From NCBI GenBank assembly GCA_030324005.1, contig JARDVH010000121.1:7416242-7480241 (forward strand): a DNA stretch of 64,000 nucleotides. The letters are read 5' to 3'. The notes under the pieces were generated by a model. It saw nothing but the letters and a program-made list of their open reading frames with translations. It was not told where the DNA came from and made no database searches. This DNA comes from Negaprion brevirostris (Eukaryota). Below are positions 26,265 through 40,035 of this stretch, in pieces. A program made the translations under genes and the position numbers. Every line of letters starts with the position of its first letter. Positions within the stretch are counted from its first letter, which is position 1.

Positions 26265-26550
26265 CGTGGCAAGGTGGCACAGCGGGTAGAACTGCTGCCT
26301 CACTGCAAAAGGGACACAAATTCGTTTCTGAATTCGGGTGAAGGCCTGTGTGAAGTTACACATTCTTCCAGTGACCGTGTGGAATTTCTCCGGGTGCTCC
26401 GGTTTGTACTCAATGTTCCGGTGAGGTAGATTGGCAATAGTATTTTGTCCGTTAGTGTCAGAGGAATTGACATGGTAAATCCTTGGGGCTACGGTGATAC
26501 CGAGATTTATCTGCGCATGGCCTTGTACTAATTTCATGATACTACATGTC
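26265..26550 (+). mobile_element. Decayed tRNA SINE downstream of exon A (co-duplicated at ~40150, 47480, 55880, 58520)
   Basis: ggcaaggtggcacagcgggtagaactgctgcctcac..tgtgtgaagttacacattctt..ccgggtgctccggttt. Confidence 0.75.
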
Positions 26551-27710
26551 ATAAAGTTGGAAGTGTCTAAATATACAGCAGAATTAAACTGCCAATCAGT
26601 TATTCCTACAGAGACCAGAGAATAAAGCTAATTAAGGCAGAGGATAAGACTCTCCGGCCCTTCCAAGCCTGCAACTACTTTGCCACCCGACAGATCTAAA
26701 ACCATTTACCCTTCCAGGAACTATATAGCTCTATTCCCATCATATTCATTGATCTGACTGCGAATTCCAGGCACCCACTACCCGCTCTTAAAAAAATCTC
26801 GAACTTCCAATGTTGGGGCAAAAAAAACGCTGACAAAAATAATTACACAGAAGCTGTGGCAGGTTTGTCAGACTGACCAATTCGCAAATGCATCAACACA
26901 AAAGTTTAAAAGGTGTAAATAACAAAGGATTGTGGAACTGACGAATGGATTTTGAAAAAAAAACTTTCACCTCGGAGTGGATGGACAGTAATTGGAAAAA
27001 GAGTCAACATTCTTCATTTATTTTCTTCAAACACGTCCATAAATGTTCTCAGCACAGATCAATTGCAGAGGAATTAATATGCCGCCGCTTAACGAGGGGA
27101 CTTCGTTACACACTGAAATCACAATCTGGAAATTCTGATTGCTTGTCTTCCTTTCAGAGAGTCGACATTCTGGAGTTCCCTCGAATTAGCGCTTATCTCT
27201 GAACTGATGTTGTCACTTTTGATTATTTATAATGCAGGATTAATTGTGCTGCTCTTGGTTCAACATTCTCGCAAACATGGTGTTCCCGTCAGCAGTGAAA
27301 GACTACACTGCCTCTCAGATGCAACACAGCGTACTTAATAAGGGATTGCAATTCAATTCATCAGGGTGATGTAAATGCCAGAAAATCTGACATGTCATAC
27401 TGACATCGGTCATTTTATCCCTGTTGAAATTGTGTTGATCATATCATGATAGCACTAATGATGCTATGACGTAAGATTGAACGGGGAACAACGCCATGTG
27501 ACGTGTCAATAAACAATCCCTTATCAATGTGATGCAATCGCATTGTGCTGGATAAAAAAAAAAATACTGTTATGAACCATGCCGCTTGAAGCCCTGCCAT
27601 TTAGCTTTACCTTCGTTCTTCAAAGTTCAGTCGAGGATTAAGATTTTCCGTCAATGGATTCAGTTTGATTCGCTTAGAAATGTTCTTCTTAATTCTCTTC
27701 TTCCTCACAG

Positions 27711-27731
27711 ACCTGACGAAGTGCAAAAGTG
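27711..27731 (+). CDS. 21-nt heptad micro-exon, type B (DLTKCKS)
   Basis: ttaattctcttcttcctcacag|ACCTGACGAAGTGCAAAAGTG|gtaagg; strong polypyrimidine tract. Confidence 0.82.
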
Positions 27732-27750
27732 GTAAGGAAATACTAAAATG

Positions 27751-27787
27751 TATTATTATTATTATTATTGTTGTTGTTGTTGTTATT
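27751..27787. repeat. (TAT)n(TGT)n microsatellite
   Basis: tattattattattattattgttgttgttgttgttatt; absent from paralogues at ~41660 and ~50955. Confidence 0.9.
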
Positions 27788-30700
27788 AAATGAAATCGGG
27801 GCGACAGAACGGTGGAACGTTCTCCCATCATATAGAATGACATGATATTTCTTCTGCACACAACTATTGACAATATGTTTTTTTTTATTGCATTAATACC
27901 AATATCGCTATGATTTTGGCAGAATGTTGACTTGATACATGAGTGGAACAAAACTGAATGGAGGCCTGTACATCATTTGGAGAATGCAAATACATTGAAT
28001 TGTATACAATGATCTGAAACACATATTTATAATCATAGAGAACTACAACAGACAGCAGAAAAATTCGTACATTGACAGACAAATTCACAAATTGACGTGC
28101 AAACTGAAGGACATAGATGAAAAACTCATTGAGTCAGCTCAAAAGTCTGTTAAGGACAGAGCGACAGAAACATATTCATCATTGAGCAAGAGAACACAAA
28201 ATGTGCTAGCACAGTTTGATAGAACTCGGAACAGGGAGTCCGAAGCTGCTGCTGAACAACATGTGTTGCACAGTAGAAATTCACGTGGACAGCTTCCTTA
28301 GTTGGCGAACAACTATTCTTGTCAGGGGTAACACAACACGAAATTATCTAGGGTGATAATAGAAATTAATGGGCAATGTTAATATATTGAAGAAATCTGG
28401 GCAGAATATTTGATAGAATTTTACATAAATGCTCCTCATATTCATCAAGTAAACTCACGTGTTTTACATCATTGTGCTCAGGTAACAAAACATTTTAATT
28501 AACACATAGAACACATAATAACTTCATTCGCACTTTTAAGAAAAAGTTTGCTTTCAATGTGAATGAATATTCATGTAATACTGGTTAGGATATTAAATAG
28601 CATCACTGATGTTTCATATACTCCAAGTTCTCAGGTTGGGCATATATTTTGTTTTTTTTTCTGACCAGGGTAAATCAGCCCCCTTAAAGTGATTTTCCAG
28701 CCACGTTTAAACAGAACGTTCTAGGCTTAAGGCAGTTCTGACAATTTCTCGACGCAGGTTGAGAAAGTAGATCCTCACGAATGGTGCACAGTCGTGAGCA
28801 CATCTGCTGCTAAGTCTTCATGATTCAATAGCCTGTGATTGTTTCAAACTTTTTGGCTTCAATAGGCCGTGACTGTCTGAAACTCCACAGTAAAAAGTCT
28901 GACAACACCAGGTTTAAGTCCAACCGATTTATTGGACTTAATCCTGGTGTTGGCAGACATTTTGCTGTGTTTACCCCAGTCCAACGCCGGTATATCCACA
29001 TCAAACTCCACAGCCACTTTACCGCTAGAAACGTCACGGCATCCAAAAATCAGTGTGACATCCATTGACTGTCATCCTTCGGATCCGCCATAAATGACAT
29101 ATTTTGCACTGGACTTCGCCTGATTCCTTCTCTCAGACCTTAACGTCTTGAGTCACAGTGGCAAAAGTTTAAGATCCCGTAAGCATCAATCTGAGGATCA
29201 ACAGAACACGAGAGAGCCTCCAATAGTCTCAGATCTCAGTCTAGGGATCGGATTAGGAAACACTGAAAAACACATTTATTTCAAACTATTAAAATAACAC
29301 ACCTTATCTGGTAACAATTAAGACACTAACACCGACCACTCAACAAAACTAACTTTCTCCTATTACAATATGCACATAGATTGTATTACGTCCTTTTATA
29401 TCTTTAACCTCTTCGGAAGTGATATTCAAAGATTCATGTAGCATTGCCACAATCGAAAATCCATATTTTCTGTTTCAGCTGCTTCGAGTTGATCGGAAAC
29501 ATGCCAGGAATGTGACTTCCGTTTGCATAATGTGTTTTGCGTCAAACACTATATGCACAAACCCACATGATCATAGTTATTAAAACAATGACTGAGAAAA
29601 TGATGGCTTTTTTTTGTCGTTTGTTGCAATTTTGGAAGCTCCTATGTACGTGATACCTGATTTGTGTAAACATTGCACAAAAATCTTCATGGATTGGTTA
29701 GGATGCCTGCCTGTAATGAAGATTGGAAATCATTATCTGGTGACAAATTGGTTGTGCGCATTGCATTTCCAGAGATTATTCCAATAGATAACATTTTGCA
29801 GCAAATCGGACAGTATAGCAATGCGTATTTTTATTCGACGAGAGATCAACTGCCGAAAGAAATACAGTTAGCTCAAGGCTCATTCATACATCGATGTTGC
29901 ACAAGAAATTATTCGAGTGCTTAGATTTGAAACGATTTAAAATAGCTGCGGACCATCCACAATTATCGAATGCGTTTAAAACGGTGGCATGCACTTTAAA
30001 ATGCATGTTGAGGGCATATAGTCAAGATTACCCCCAAGCATTGCAAGGATGAATGCGCCAAATGAATCGACACATTGTTTTTTTTTCAGTTGAATAATTG
30101 TTTCCTCATGACGTATAAGAACTACTTAATTTGATTAAGCCGATTTTGCTGAGTTAGCGTTCAGACACTGCATTAATGGACGAAGTGTCAAACTTTAACG
30201 GGGGACAACCTGGGACGACTGTGTTGGCGAGACGGTATTTAAAAATAATGAAACAAATACGCAGACACACACTCAGAAATTCTTAGGTTTCCTCGTGTGG
30301 AGAAATTAATAGTTTGATTAAAATTCGTCGTTGAACGTTTACCAAACAAGAGAATAGGTGAACGTAGGATTAGCTAAGTGGCCGGTTTTAGTGTCTTAAT
30401 TGTGGTGCGTTATGATGATTATCTGTAGTATGGAATCAAATAAAAAAAATAAAAAAATAGATGAGCAAGGAACATAATTTGACAATCAGCCTGTCTTCAA
30501 AGAGCACTCTTGATTCAAGCCAAAATGATGAAACAATATTTTGATTGGGAAGGAAAGTAGAAATAACGTGATAATTGTTGCAATTCAGAAGTAAAAACGA
30601 CAAAAAAAACGGAAGTTGATGCTTCTCATATTAGATCGAATTACCTGAAAGTTATCCGAAGTTATGCAACATTAGTGAGTTGCCATCCACAGGAAAAGAC

Positions 30701-31489
30701 AACGTGGCCTGATTTTTTTTTTTGCAATTATCTGGAGTTACATCCCATAATTAACTGGAAAATATGGCACATGTGGCTGATACACATTCAGACAATCCTT
30801 CAAAAATTGGATAGGCGTAATCAATTTACTTTGGCAACGGTTAAAAAGAAAACAACAAAAAAAATGTCAATTCCCTCTGTCTCTGGGGCCGCAGCCGAAA
30901 TGTTCAATCAAACACATCCTGGCACTGGTAGATAGATTAAAAAAAAACTGACAATGCAGAGATGCATCGAGAAAAGTATGTGCGATTATTGCTCGTGACG
31001 GCTGAAAAGGAGGAAAGGAAAGGGAGGAGTTGGGGTGAAGAGGTAACTGCTACATAACCTGTATCTGAACAGAGCAAAGATACCGATTTGCCAACAACAA
31101 CTCGTGAAATTCGTGAAGAAAATATGAAGGAAACAACAGTGCTATCTGAATAAGCGATTGACAAAGCAAGTGACGTTTACGATTCTGAAGAACACTTCAC
31201 TGGCAATCAAAGCATTACTAACAATTGGGAAATACACTTTGCCCTGTGTCATTGTATCACAGAATAATATTCAGTACATTAATCGCACGTTTCAATAAGT
31301 GTTGAAATATATACTGCATAGGACACATTTCGGGAGATAAATGCACTTCAAGCCGATTCTCGAATTTCCCAGGGCTGCTCTGAACAAGAACAATTTTTGG
31401 ATAGAAAAAATATTGAACTCGCGCTGCGGTAATAAAAAAAAATGATTTTCAAAATGTTGCCCTCGTGGCAAATTCGAAGCATAGAAACT

Positions 31490-32010
31490 GGAAGCTTCGA
31501 CTTTTTGGGGGGTTCTTCGAGCTGCTCAGACATTCATCTTGAATGAGTGTGACCATTAAGTCAACCATCCCGTTACGTCGTCCGGCAATAAGTCTTGATA
31601 ACTTCAGCGCAAACAGCGAAAACTGATTTCTTCTTGAAATCAAAGTTTTGGCATCTTATACATTTTCTGGCAATGACTTGCAGAACATTCACCGTCATTT
31701 GGGTGAAGAGATTTCTCCTCACCCCACTGATACAAAGTGCACATTTTATCCTCATTTATCACCTTTATTTCTGGAGTCACCACTATTGGCAATATCTTTG
31801 CTGAATGTACTGTGTATAACAGTGTAAGGATGTCATAAGTTTCGATCAAATCCTCTCTCACTCTTCTAAATTCCAACGAATTAATCCAAGCCAAATTATT
31901 CTCTCCTCATATGACAGCCCTGCCATTCCAGGAATCGACGCGGTCCGTCATCTAATGCAAAAACATCCTCTGCAGAGAAGGACCCAAATACTGCACGTAA
32001 AGCACCAAGG
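31490..32010 (-). mobile_element. Decayed CR1 3' fragment (older paralogue of 36180-36730, 45435-45990, 53780-54340)
   Basis: ORF 31640-31894(-) SLEFRRVREDLIETYDIL. Confidence 0.75.
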
Positions 32011-32929
32011 GTTGCCTCTAATGACCCATATTATCCCTGAAAATATTTGTAGTATCCAACTATCACACCATCTCAAGAATATCTAAAATGTGTTAATGTG
32101 CCAACATCCCTCTGTGTAGATTTTTTTTTGTCTTACGATGTTCTAGAACAGATATGATGCCGACACATGAACTGTCACCCAAGATCCTTGCAGAAGAGAC
32201 GTTATTTTTTATCCCACATTGCTATGTTTTCCCACACTCTTTTCTTGTTTGTTTGTTTCAATTTCCAGTTTTCAATTGCTGAGACCCAAAACATTGGCAT
32301 GCCGAAATCTTCGACTCCACCTTGCCAAATTGGAGAATGGAAATTATGTTTTTTTGGAACTTTTGGAGATGCCCCGTGTTGACTGTAGTATTCCCGCAAA
32401 TGTTGCATCCTTCATCTACCATGTCGTATGTTCAAATCAATTGGCTATTATCCACCACATCGACCGTTGAAGCTATATTTCTTATTTGTCTGGTTCCTTA
32501 TCTCCGAAATAAACTTGATGGCTGAAATTGTCCGATGTTTGAGGTCCCGTAGGTATCATTTGAGGGATCAATAGAACACAAGAGAGTCTCGAAATTGCAA
32601 GGTTTAAGGTTACACGTAAGATTAAGAAATTTGAAAATAAAATCACTTCAAATTATCAACAGAACACATCTTACTTAAGATACCAAAAATGACCACTTAA
32701 AACGAGACTTACGGGCGCCTATCCAATGCGCACATAGATTATATCTCATTGTTTTGTATGCCTAACCTTTCTGGGAACAATATTCAAAGATTCATTAAGC
32801 AGTGGTACCATCACCCCTCCAATGCCTCTTTTTCAGCTGCTTATTGCTAATTCGAAACATGCTTTGAGAGTGAGTTTTGATTTATATAATGAGGTGCACA
32901 TCAAACACAAAATGCAGAAGTCTACATTA

Positions 32930-34280
32930 TCGGAACCACTAGCTGTTTTGCTATTCGGAATGCAAGGAGTCCTGCTTGGTAGCGTCACCAGGTTGACACC
33001 TCATATTAAAGTATGCCTCTTGCCGCTCCTGGCATGAAATCCTGCACTCTCCATTGAACCAGGATTGATCTGTTGGCTTGGTGTTAATGGGGATATGACG
33101 GTCCGTGAGTTGCAGATTGAGATGAGATACAATTCTGCTACTGTTGATGACCCACCTTGTCTCCTGAGTTCCTTGAACAATTCTAATATTGTCCCATTCA
33201 GCAACATGATGGACGTCATTATCAATGTGAACGCGGGACTTCGTCTCCACATAGACTGCGCTGTAATAACCCTTACCAAAACTATCATGGACAGAGGCAT
33301 ATGCAACCTTCAAACTGGTCAGGATGATGTTAGATATGTTATTTCATCTTGTTAGTTCCTTCACCACCCTCTGCAATCCCAGTCCAGCAGTTATGTAGTG
33401 TCGGACTCCACCAGGTCCAACAGTAGTGCTGCTCCCGGGCTACACTTGGCACTGTGAACTGAATCATTTGATCCAGAGCAGAACTTAAGCCCCTGCCTCC
33501 CTCGATGCTTCCTCCAAGTGTTGTCTAACATAGAGGAATGCTGGCACATCATACAAACCAGGACGCTGCATGGTAAGCAGCAAGAGGTTTCCTTGTCCAT
33601 GTTTAACGTGAAGCCATGAGACTTCCTAAGACCCGGAGTCAATATTCAGAACTCCGCACTGTGCCACAGCCTCGCCTCTGTACAATACTGTGTCACCACC
33701 TCTCCTAGTTTTGCCCTGCTGGCGGGACAGGATACACTCAGGAATGGTCATGGTGATGTTGTGGTGTTATCTGTGAGGTGTGATTTCATGACAAGGAAGA
33801 TGTCAGGATGATGCTTGACTCGTCTGTGAGATCGTTATCCCAATGTGACACTAGCTAGGAAGGACGGCATTGCAGGGTCAACAGGGCAGTTGCTGTTGGC
33901 TTTCTGGTAGCTAAGGCGATGCCAAGCGGTCTGCCCGGATTCATTTCGTTTTTGAGATTTTGTCGCGATTGTTCCAACTTAGTGGCAGCTGAGACATTTC
34001 ACCACACATTGCTGCGACATTGTCGTCAGATGCAGACCAGACAATATGAGCGCGGCGTATTTCCATCCCCAAAAGACATTGGTGAATGAGGTTGTTTTTT
34101 TCTTTTGACAATCGACAATGTTTTCAAGGTCATCAGTTAAGTCCAGATACTAAATTCAGGATTGATTTATTGAATTCAAATTCCCCCACCTGCCGTGGCG
34201 GATTTCGAACCCAGGTCCCCAGAACATTATCTGGGTTTCTGGATTAATAATTGAGCGATAATACCACCAGTCCTTCGCCT
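32930..34280 (-). mobile_element. CR1/L2-group LINE 5' portion (tRNA-like leader plus endonuclease-linker region)
   Basis: ORF 32951-33313(-) KPTDQSWFNGECRISCQERQEAYFNMRCQPGDATKQD; leader GGGGACCTGGGTTCGAAATCCGCCACGGCAGGTGGGGGAATTTGAATTCAATAAA at ~34160-34225(-); same leader in sense at 38010-38175. Confidence 0.75.
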
Positions 34281-34781
34281 CACTTAAGAAAAAGGCTGAA
34301 TCGTGATGTAAGAAATAAACAGATACATAATCAAACAAAAAAACACATGTTCCTCCTGTGGAATAAGTGTTAGCTCGTTTAAAATTCGGTGTTGAAACTT
34401 TACAAAACGAGACTTGGTGGGCCTTTTGTGATCGCAAAAAAAAGTGAGCAACTTACTTTTTTTTTGACAATTCACATATCTTGAGGGAGCCATCACAGAT
34501 TGTTACATGTGAATTTTCTGAGACAACATTTTTATAGGGAAGGAAGCAAGAGAAATGGTGAGACATTTGCTGTAAATCAGAACTAACGGATACACAAAGA
34601 TGATATTGAATTTGACAATCCTCACATCAGCTGAATTATGCGAAATTGTTAACAGTTATTGAGTTGTCATCCACAGAGGAAAAAAAAAACTTGGCACAAA
34701 CCTTTTTGTTTTTGCAAATACCTAGAGTTACAGATGGAAATTAAATGGAATATATGACATTTGTGCCTGTTGTATATAAAA

Positions 34782-35556
34782 CATAGAACAACATAGAACA
34801 TAGAACATCACAAACAGGCCCTTCGGCCCTCAAGATGCGGCGATAATATCCATACCTATCAGGCCTATGTATAGCTCTCAATCCCATTAAACCCCATGTA
34901 CTCATCCAGAAGTCTGTTAAACGACCCCAGCGAGTTCGCCCCTATCACCAACGACGGCGGCAGCCAATGCCACTCACTCGCCACCATCTGAGTGAAAAAT
35001 CGTACTCCTGGCATCAGGGAAGCAAGTCCAGATGAGATGTTAGGGGTAAGTTTTTCACTCAGAGGGTGGTCAGTGAGTAGAATCGGCTGCCGTCGGTGTG
35101 GTAGAGGCGAACTTGCTGGGGTCTTTTAAANNNNNNNNNNAGTTCTATGGCCTGGTAGGTATGGATATGATCGGCGCAACTTGTGGGCCGAAGGACCTAT
35201 TTGTGCTGTGGTGTTCTATGTTCTATGTTGTATGTTCCATGTACCTCCTCTGTACGTGCTCCCCAGCACCTTAAACTTGTGTCCTCTTGTCGCGACCGTT
35301 TCAGCCCTGGGAAACAGCCTCCGAGAATCCACCCTACCTCTACCTCTCAACATTTTATAAAACTCCATCAGGTCACCACTCAATCTTCGGCTCTCCAGGG
35401 AGAACAGTCTTAGCTCCCTCACCTATCTTCATAAGGCATGCCTCCCAATCCAGGCAGCATCCTTGTAAATCTCCTCCACACCCTCTCAATAACTTCCACA
35501 TCCTTCTTTTAGTGAGGTGACTAGAACTGTGCACAGTTCTCCGAGTGAGGTCTGAC
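34782..35556. mobile_element. Rearranged CR1 insertion (- / + / - pieces), absent from the paralogous block
   Basis: Tail catagaac repeats at 34782; inverted tail gttctatgttctatg at ~35213; ORF(-) LFSLESRRLSGDLMEFYKMLRG; paralogue is uninterrupted at ~44800-44810. Confidence 0.85.
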
Positions 35557-37454
35557 ATGCAGAGAATTAATCGACAATTGAGCAACAATTGTATAGATTT
35601 AATCAATTTGGCTTCGTACTGGTTCACGAGGATAAATAGCGTTTATTCACCTTCAGGGGTTATAAATGAAAACCTCAATCAAATGTTACTTAGCTTTGGA
35701 AGACAGTTACGACTCTAACGCAATACAGGTACCAATCGAGGAAAATGTTCAAAGCTGGCTAAGACTGTTGAGGAGACAGGATGTCTGTACGCTGAAGCAA
35801 GTAAGGAATGAGAGACATGGAGATGGAAATTTAACTGTTGTGCCTGAGTTGCTCAAAACACCTGAGAAAAGAAGTCGTTTTGTAAACAACAGCTGGTCAT
35901 AATCGTGAAAAGACATGTGGAGGGATCAGCAGGCATATGTGAATAAGCAGGTGAAAAACGAAGTAATGTGTACAACTCTGAAGAACACCTCACTGGTAAT
36001 CATGACTAACTTAAAATATATCGAGTGCATGGCGACGTTTGTGATAAATATACTTAAAGCAAATTTTGTAAATTCTCCTGGATCCTTTTACAAAGCGCAT
36101 TTTTCTTTCACCGAAAAACATTGAATTCGGTGCCATCAAACTCAAAATTTGATTTTCAAAATTTTGCCCAGGTACTAACATCTAAAGATAGAAGCAGGAG
36201 TAGGTCATTGGATCAATCAGCTCCGCTTCCGTTGAACTTGATTATGAGTGATCATCAAATCCAGCATCGTGATCCTCCTTCCACCCATAACCCTTCAGCC
36301 CCAACAGCGATATATAAATTCTTCTTGAAATCAGTCAGGCCTTTGGCCTTAGCTGTATTCTGTGGCAAAGATTTGCACAGCATACAACACACTCTGTGTG
36401 AAGAAATTGTCTCTCACTTTCACTTTCAAAGGCATACAGATTATTCGCACATTTGTCCCCCAGTTCCGGACTCCTCACTATTGGCAATGTTTTATTTTCC
36501 TGAATCTACGCTATATGACGCAGTTTTTTTTTAATGTTTCGATGAGTTCCACTCAAACTCCTTTCAACTCCAATGGATATAATCCGAACCGATTTATTCT
36601 CTGCTCATATGGCAGCCCTCGCATCCACGGGATCAGCCGTGCACATCTTCACTACGTGTTCTGCATTAGGGACATCCTCCCTCAGATAGAAGAAAAACAA
36701 ACTGCACGCAATAAACCAGGTGTCGCCTCGAAAGGTCCAGTTTGCCAATAGAAAATGCTGCAGTCTTCAACAATTTACAAAATCTCAGAAGCATCTAAAA
36801 TGATAATCTGCCAACAGATGCATATGTAGAATATCTGTCTAATTGTGCTTTAGAATTATATATGATCTCGAAGCTTGAGCTGTACTTCTCTCTTCACAGA
36901 TTCTTGCAAACATGTTGTGATTATGCCACATTGCATTTGTTTCTCCTACTTTTCCTCCTTTTTTTAAACAAAATAGTCTATTTCCAGGATTTCAGCTGTT
37001 GTGACCCAAAATAATTTGTTACCCTGCATGATATCCTCAATTATCCATGGTACTAGGGGACACACATGAGAATAATGGGTATACCTTTTAGAATAGAATT
37101 GAGAACAAATATCTTCACCAAGAGCGTGTTGACTGTTGTGCAACCATTTGCCACAAAATGTATCTGAGGCCAAACGTCGGACTGATTTCAAGAAGAATTT
37201 AGATATCGTTCTTGGAGTTGAAGTGTTCAAAGAACAAAGAACAAAAACAGCCCAGAAAACAGGCCCTTCGGCCCAACGAGCGCGCGCCGCCATTTTAACA
37301 TTACCAGTCCCACCTCCACCAACGACCCTTATCTATGCTTATGGCATTCCACATTGAGGGAAAACTAATTTCGGGGCAATTTATTATTGGCTTTCTCCAA
37401 CAGTTTTTTTAGTAATACTAATTTCCTTCAATTCCTCCTTCTCGATGGGTGCAT

Positions 37455-37770
37455 TTAGGATGGCACGGTGGCACAAGTGTTTAGCACTGCTGCCTCTCAG
37501 GACCTGGGTTTGATTCCCAGCTTGGGTAACTGTGTGGAGTTTGCACATTATCCCCGTGTCTGCATGGGTTTCCTCCGGGTGCTCTGGTTTCCTCCCACAA
37601 TCCGAAAACGTGCTGGTTAGGTAGCTTGGCCGTGGTAAATTGTTCCTTAGTGTCAGGGGGACTATCCTAGGTAGATAAGTAGGGCTATGGGGATGGTGGC
37701 CGGTTGGGATTGTGGTCTCTGCTGACCACAATGGGCCGAATGACGTCCTTCTGCACTGTCGGGATTCTGC
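37455..37770 (+). mobile_element. HE1-like SINE inserted in a decayed CR1
   Basis: ggatggcacggtggcacaagtgtttagcactgctgcctctcag...atgggccgaatgacgtccttctgcactgtcgggattct. Confidence 0.88.
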
Positions 37771-38194
37771 GACAATTGGTTCTTTAGCATTCTGGGAAGT
37801 TATATGGGTCTTCCTCCATGAAGACAGAACTAAAGTATTTATTTAATTGTTCTGTCATTTCCTTGTTCTCTATTATAAATTCTCCTTTGTCTTCATTAAC
37901 ATTTTTCTTTTCACTCACACCTCATACTTTTGTAGTTTCCTTTGTTCGGGCATGGTCTCACGTCACTCGCGTTCTTTAGCTGAGATGTCGATGCCAGATT
38001 TGGATTCAATGTGGCAGTGGCCTAATGGTAATGTCACAGGACTAGCAATCCAGAGGCCCAGGATCATACCCTGGAACATGGGTTCAAACCCCATGACGGC
38101 TGTAGGTGGAATTTAAATTCAATTAATGATCAAACCAATCAGGAATTAAAAGTGAGTCTAATGGCAACCATGAAACTAAGTAGATGTTTTGGAT

Positions 38195-38486
38195 GACGTA
38201 GTGGCACAGTGGGTAGCACTCAGCGCCACAGACTTGAGTTCGATACTGGCCTCAGGCCTCTGGTTTCGTCTCACAGTCCAGATGTTAAGTGGGTTGACCA
38301 TGCTAACTTGCCCCTTTGTGTCCAAAGGTGTGCAGATTATGTGGGTGCCGATGATCAATGTGTGGGGTTATGAGAGTGGCACTGGGTAGGGTGCTCTATT
38401 AGCAGATTGGGTGGCACAATGGTTAGCGCTGCTGCCTCACAGTGCCAGGGACCCAGGTTTGATTCCCGGCTTGGGTCACTGTCTGT
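38195..38486 (+). mobile_element. Two SINE pieces (decayed copy, then a young 5' end running into the gap)
   Basis: gtggcacagtgggtagcact...; gggtggcacaatggttagcgctgctgcctcacagtgccagggacccaggtttgattcccggcttgggtcactg. Confidence 0.85.
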
Positions 38487-38769
38487 NNNNNNNNNNNNNN
38501 NNNNNNNNNNNNNNNNNNNNNNNNNNNNNNNNNNNNNNNNNNNNNNNNNNNNNNNNNNNNNNNNNNNNNNNNNNNNNNNNNNNNNNGCATTCTAAAAGCA
38601 CGCTCTGGCCTACTGATCAGTGTCTGTTACTGTGTGATTTTAGTGGAAGGCTCTGAGGATAACTTTAGTTTGCTTCTATTTTGTGTGCCCAATTTCATAA
38701 AATTTATTGTCTGAAACCACAAGGAATTACAAATAATTCTACTTCTATTTCTTCCCAACTGTGATAGAA

Positions 38770-39770
38770 TCACTCATTCCCACTTTTCCAATCAATGAAA
38801 CATTTTCACGTGGTTTACAATACAGGGTTTGTGCAAACAATCGGAACGGTATAATTCAGATATGCAATGAATGAACAAAAACCGAACAGAGGCATAGTTT
38901 CGCAATTGCAACCTTGAATCACATGAGGCACAAACACCAAAATAAATGTTGATTTGATCGCATATATTGTCTCAGTGATGGAAGTGTCTGTTCTCCTTGA
39001 TTGGGAAAAATTTGTCGCATAAGTTCGCAATGCAAGAACTTTTCTAAGACCAATGCTCATTCCAGCAGTGGACCAATATCTGCATGTAAAATGCCACAGA
39101 ATCACATTTTGACACAATAGTGCAACCGTAATGTATGAGAGGATTTGAGTGACAAAATGTTCACCAAACGAATAAAAAGCCTCCACAATCCAACAAAGGT
39201 AAATGTAAACATTGTTTTTTTTTAATTCAAACCTGCCTTTGCGAACACTTTTTTGCTTGTTTTTTTTTTTAATCCATGGTTAAGACATCATCAGCAAATA
39301 GAATCCCATGCCCCTTTGATAATTAGACAATGCAGTTCATCAAAAAGTTAATCAATTTTTGGCCATCATGGAAAACAGTACTCTTTAATGCTTTGTCGTA
39401 TCTCCGTTATTTGATACCCATGAATTTGATTGCCATTTGGCTACATCTGTTCCATGCAAAACAACTCTAGCCGATTCAATGTGTGACCATCTCTGCAGCA
39501 TTAAGGCACAATCATGATTCTTGACATTATTCTCTGCACTTACATTCTGGACATTTACCTCTCCGTCATTTTTCGGACCTGAAATCATCATAACATTCCA
39601 TTTTTTATGCTAAAATGGTGCCGCAGATCGTTGTTAATTACATCTCTACTTCAGATCCAGTATACTTCCACATGAAGAAAACACTTTTAGTTGTACTGGG
39701 AATCCTTTGCACTACTGTACTGCACTTTCAAGGGCAATATGAAGGTACTTCAAGCCATTCCATACCCCCA
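38770..39770 (-). pseudogene. Class A (rhodopsin-type) GPCR pseudogene, TM3-TM7, single-exon-like
   Basis: ORF 38815-39186(-): TM5-like ILSYITVALLCQNVILWHF; TM6-like TIYAIKSTFILVFVPHVI (FxxxxxP); TM7 IAYLNYTVPIVCTNPVL* (NPxxY with Y to stop); helix-8-like TT*KCF. TM3-like YLHIALES at ~39724-39747. Confidence 0.55.
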
Positions 39771-40014
39771 TGTCCTCTCAATTCGATGTTTTTGAGTGGG
39801 GACGGAATCAATAATGATGGAGGGATTATAGAAGTATCTACATGGACGCATCTTGAAATGCCTGATTATATTCTGATGAACAAAATATTCTGATGAAAAA
39901 TGTAAAGCATTCTCAGCAACTTTCCAATCAATCGACAGAATTGATTTTTCTAATTTACTTTCTAATTTACTTAATTACTGTCGTTTGGGTTATTGTGATG
40001 TTTCCAACACCTAG

Positions 40015-40035
40015 ACTTGAAAAAGAAAACTGAAG
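40015..40035 (+). CDS. 21-nt heptad micro-exon, type A (DLKKKTE)
   Basis: gatgtttccaacacctag|ACTTGAAAAAGAAAACTGAAG|gtaagg. Confidence 0.8.

Noticed and set aside
34160-34280. tRNA gene (GGTTCGAAATCC B-box-like; also 38010-38100 and SINE heads)
   Set aside because: These are retroposon 5' leaders; no cloverleaf or Pol III terminator seen
34538-34557. tttatag|GGAAGGAAGCAAGAGAAATG|gtgaga micro-exon
   Set aside because: 20 nt (frame-shifting) and the acceptor is absent in the paralogue near 44560
38815-39186. V2R / class C GPCR assignment
   Set aside because: FxxxxxP and NPxx(Y) motifs fit class A better; no class C PKCY motif
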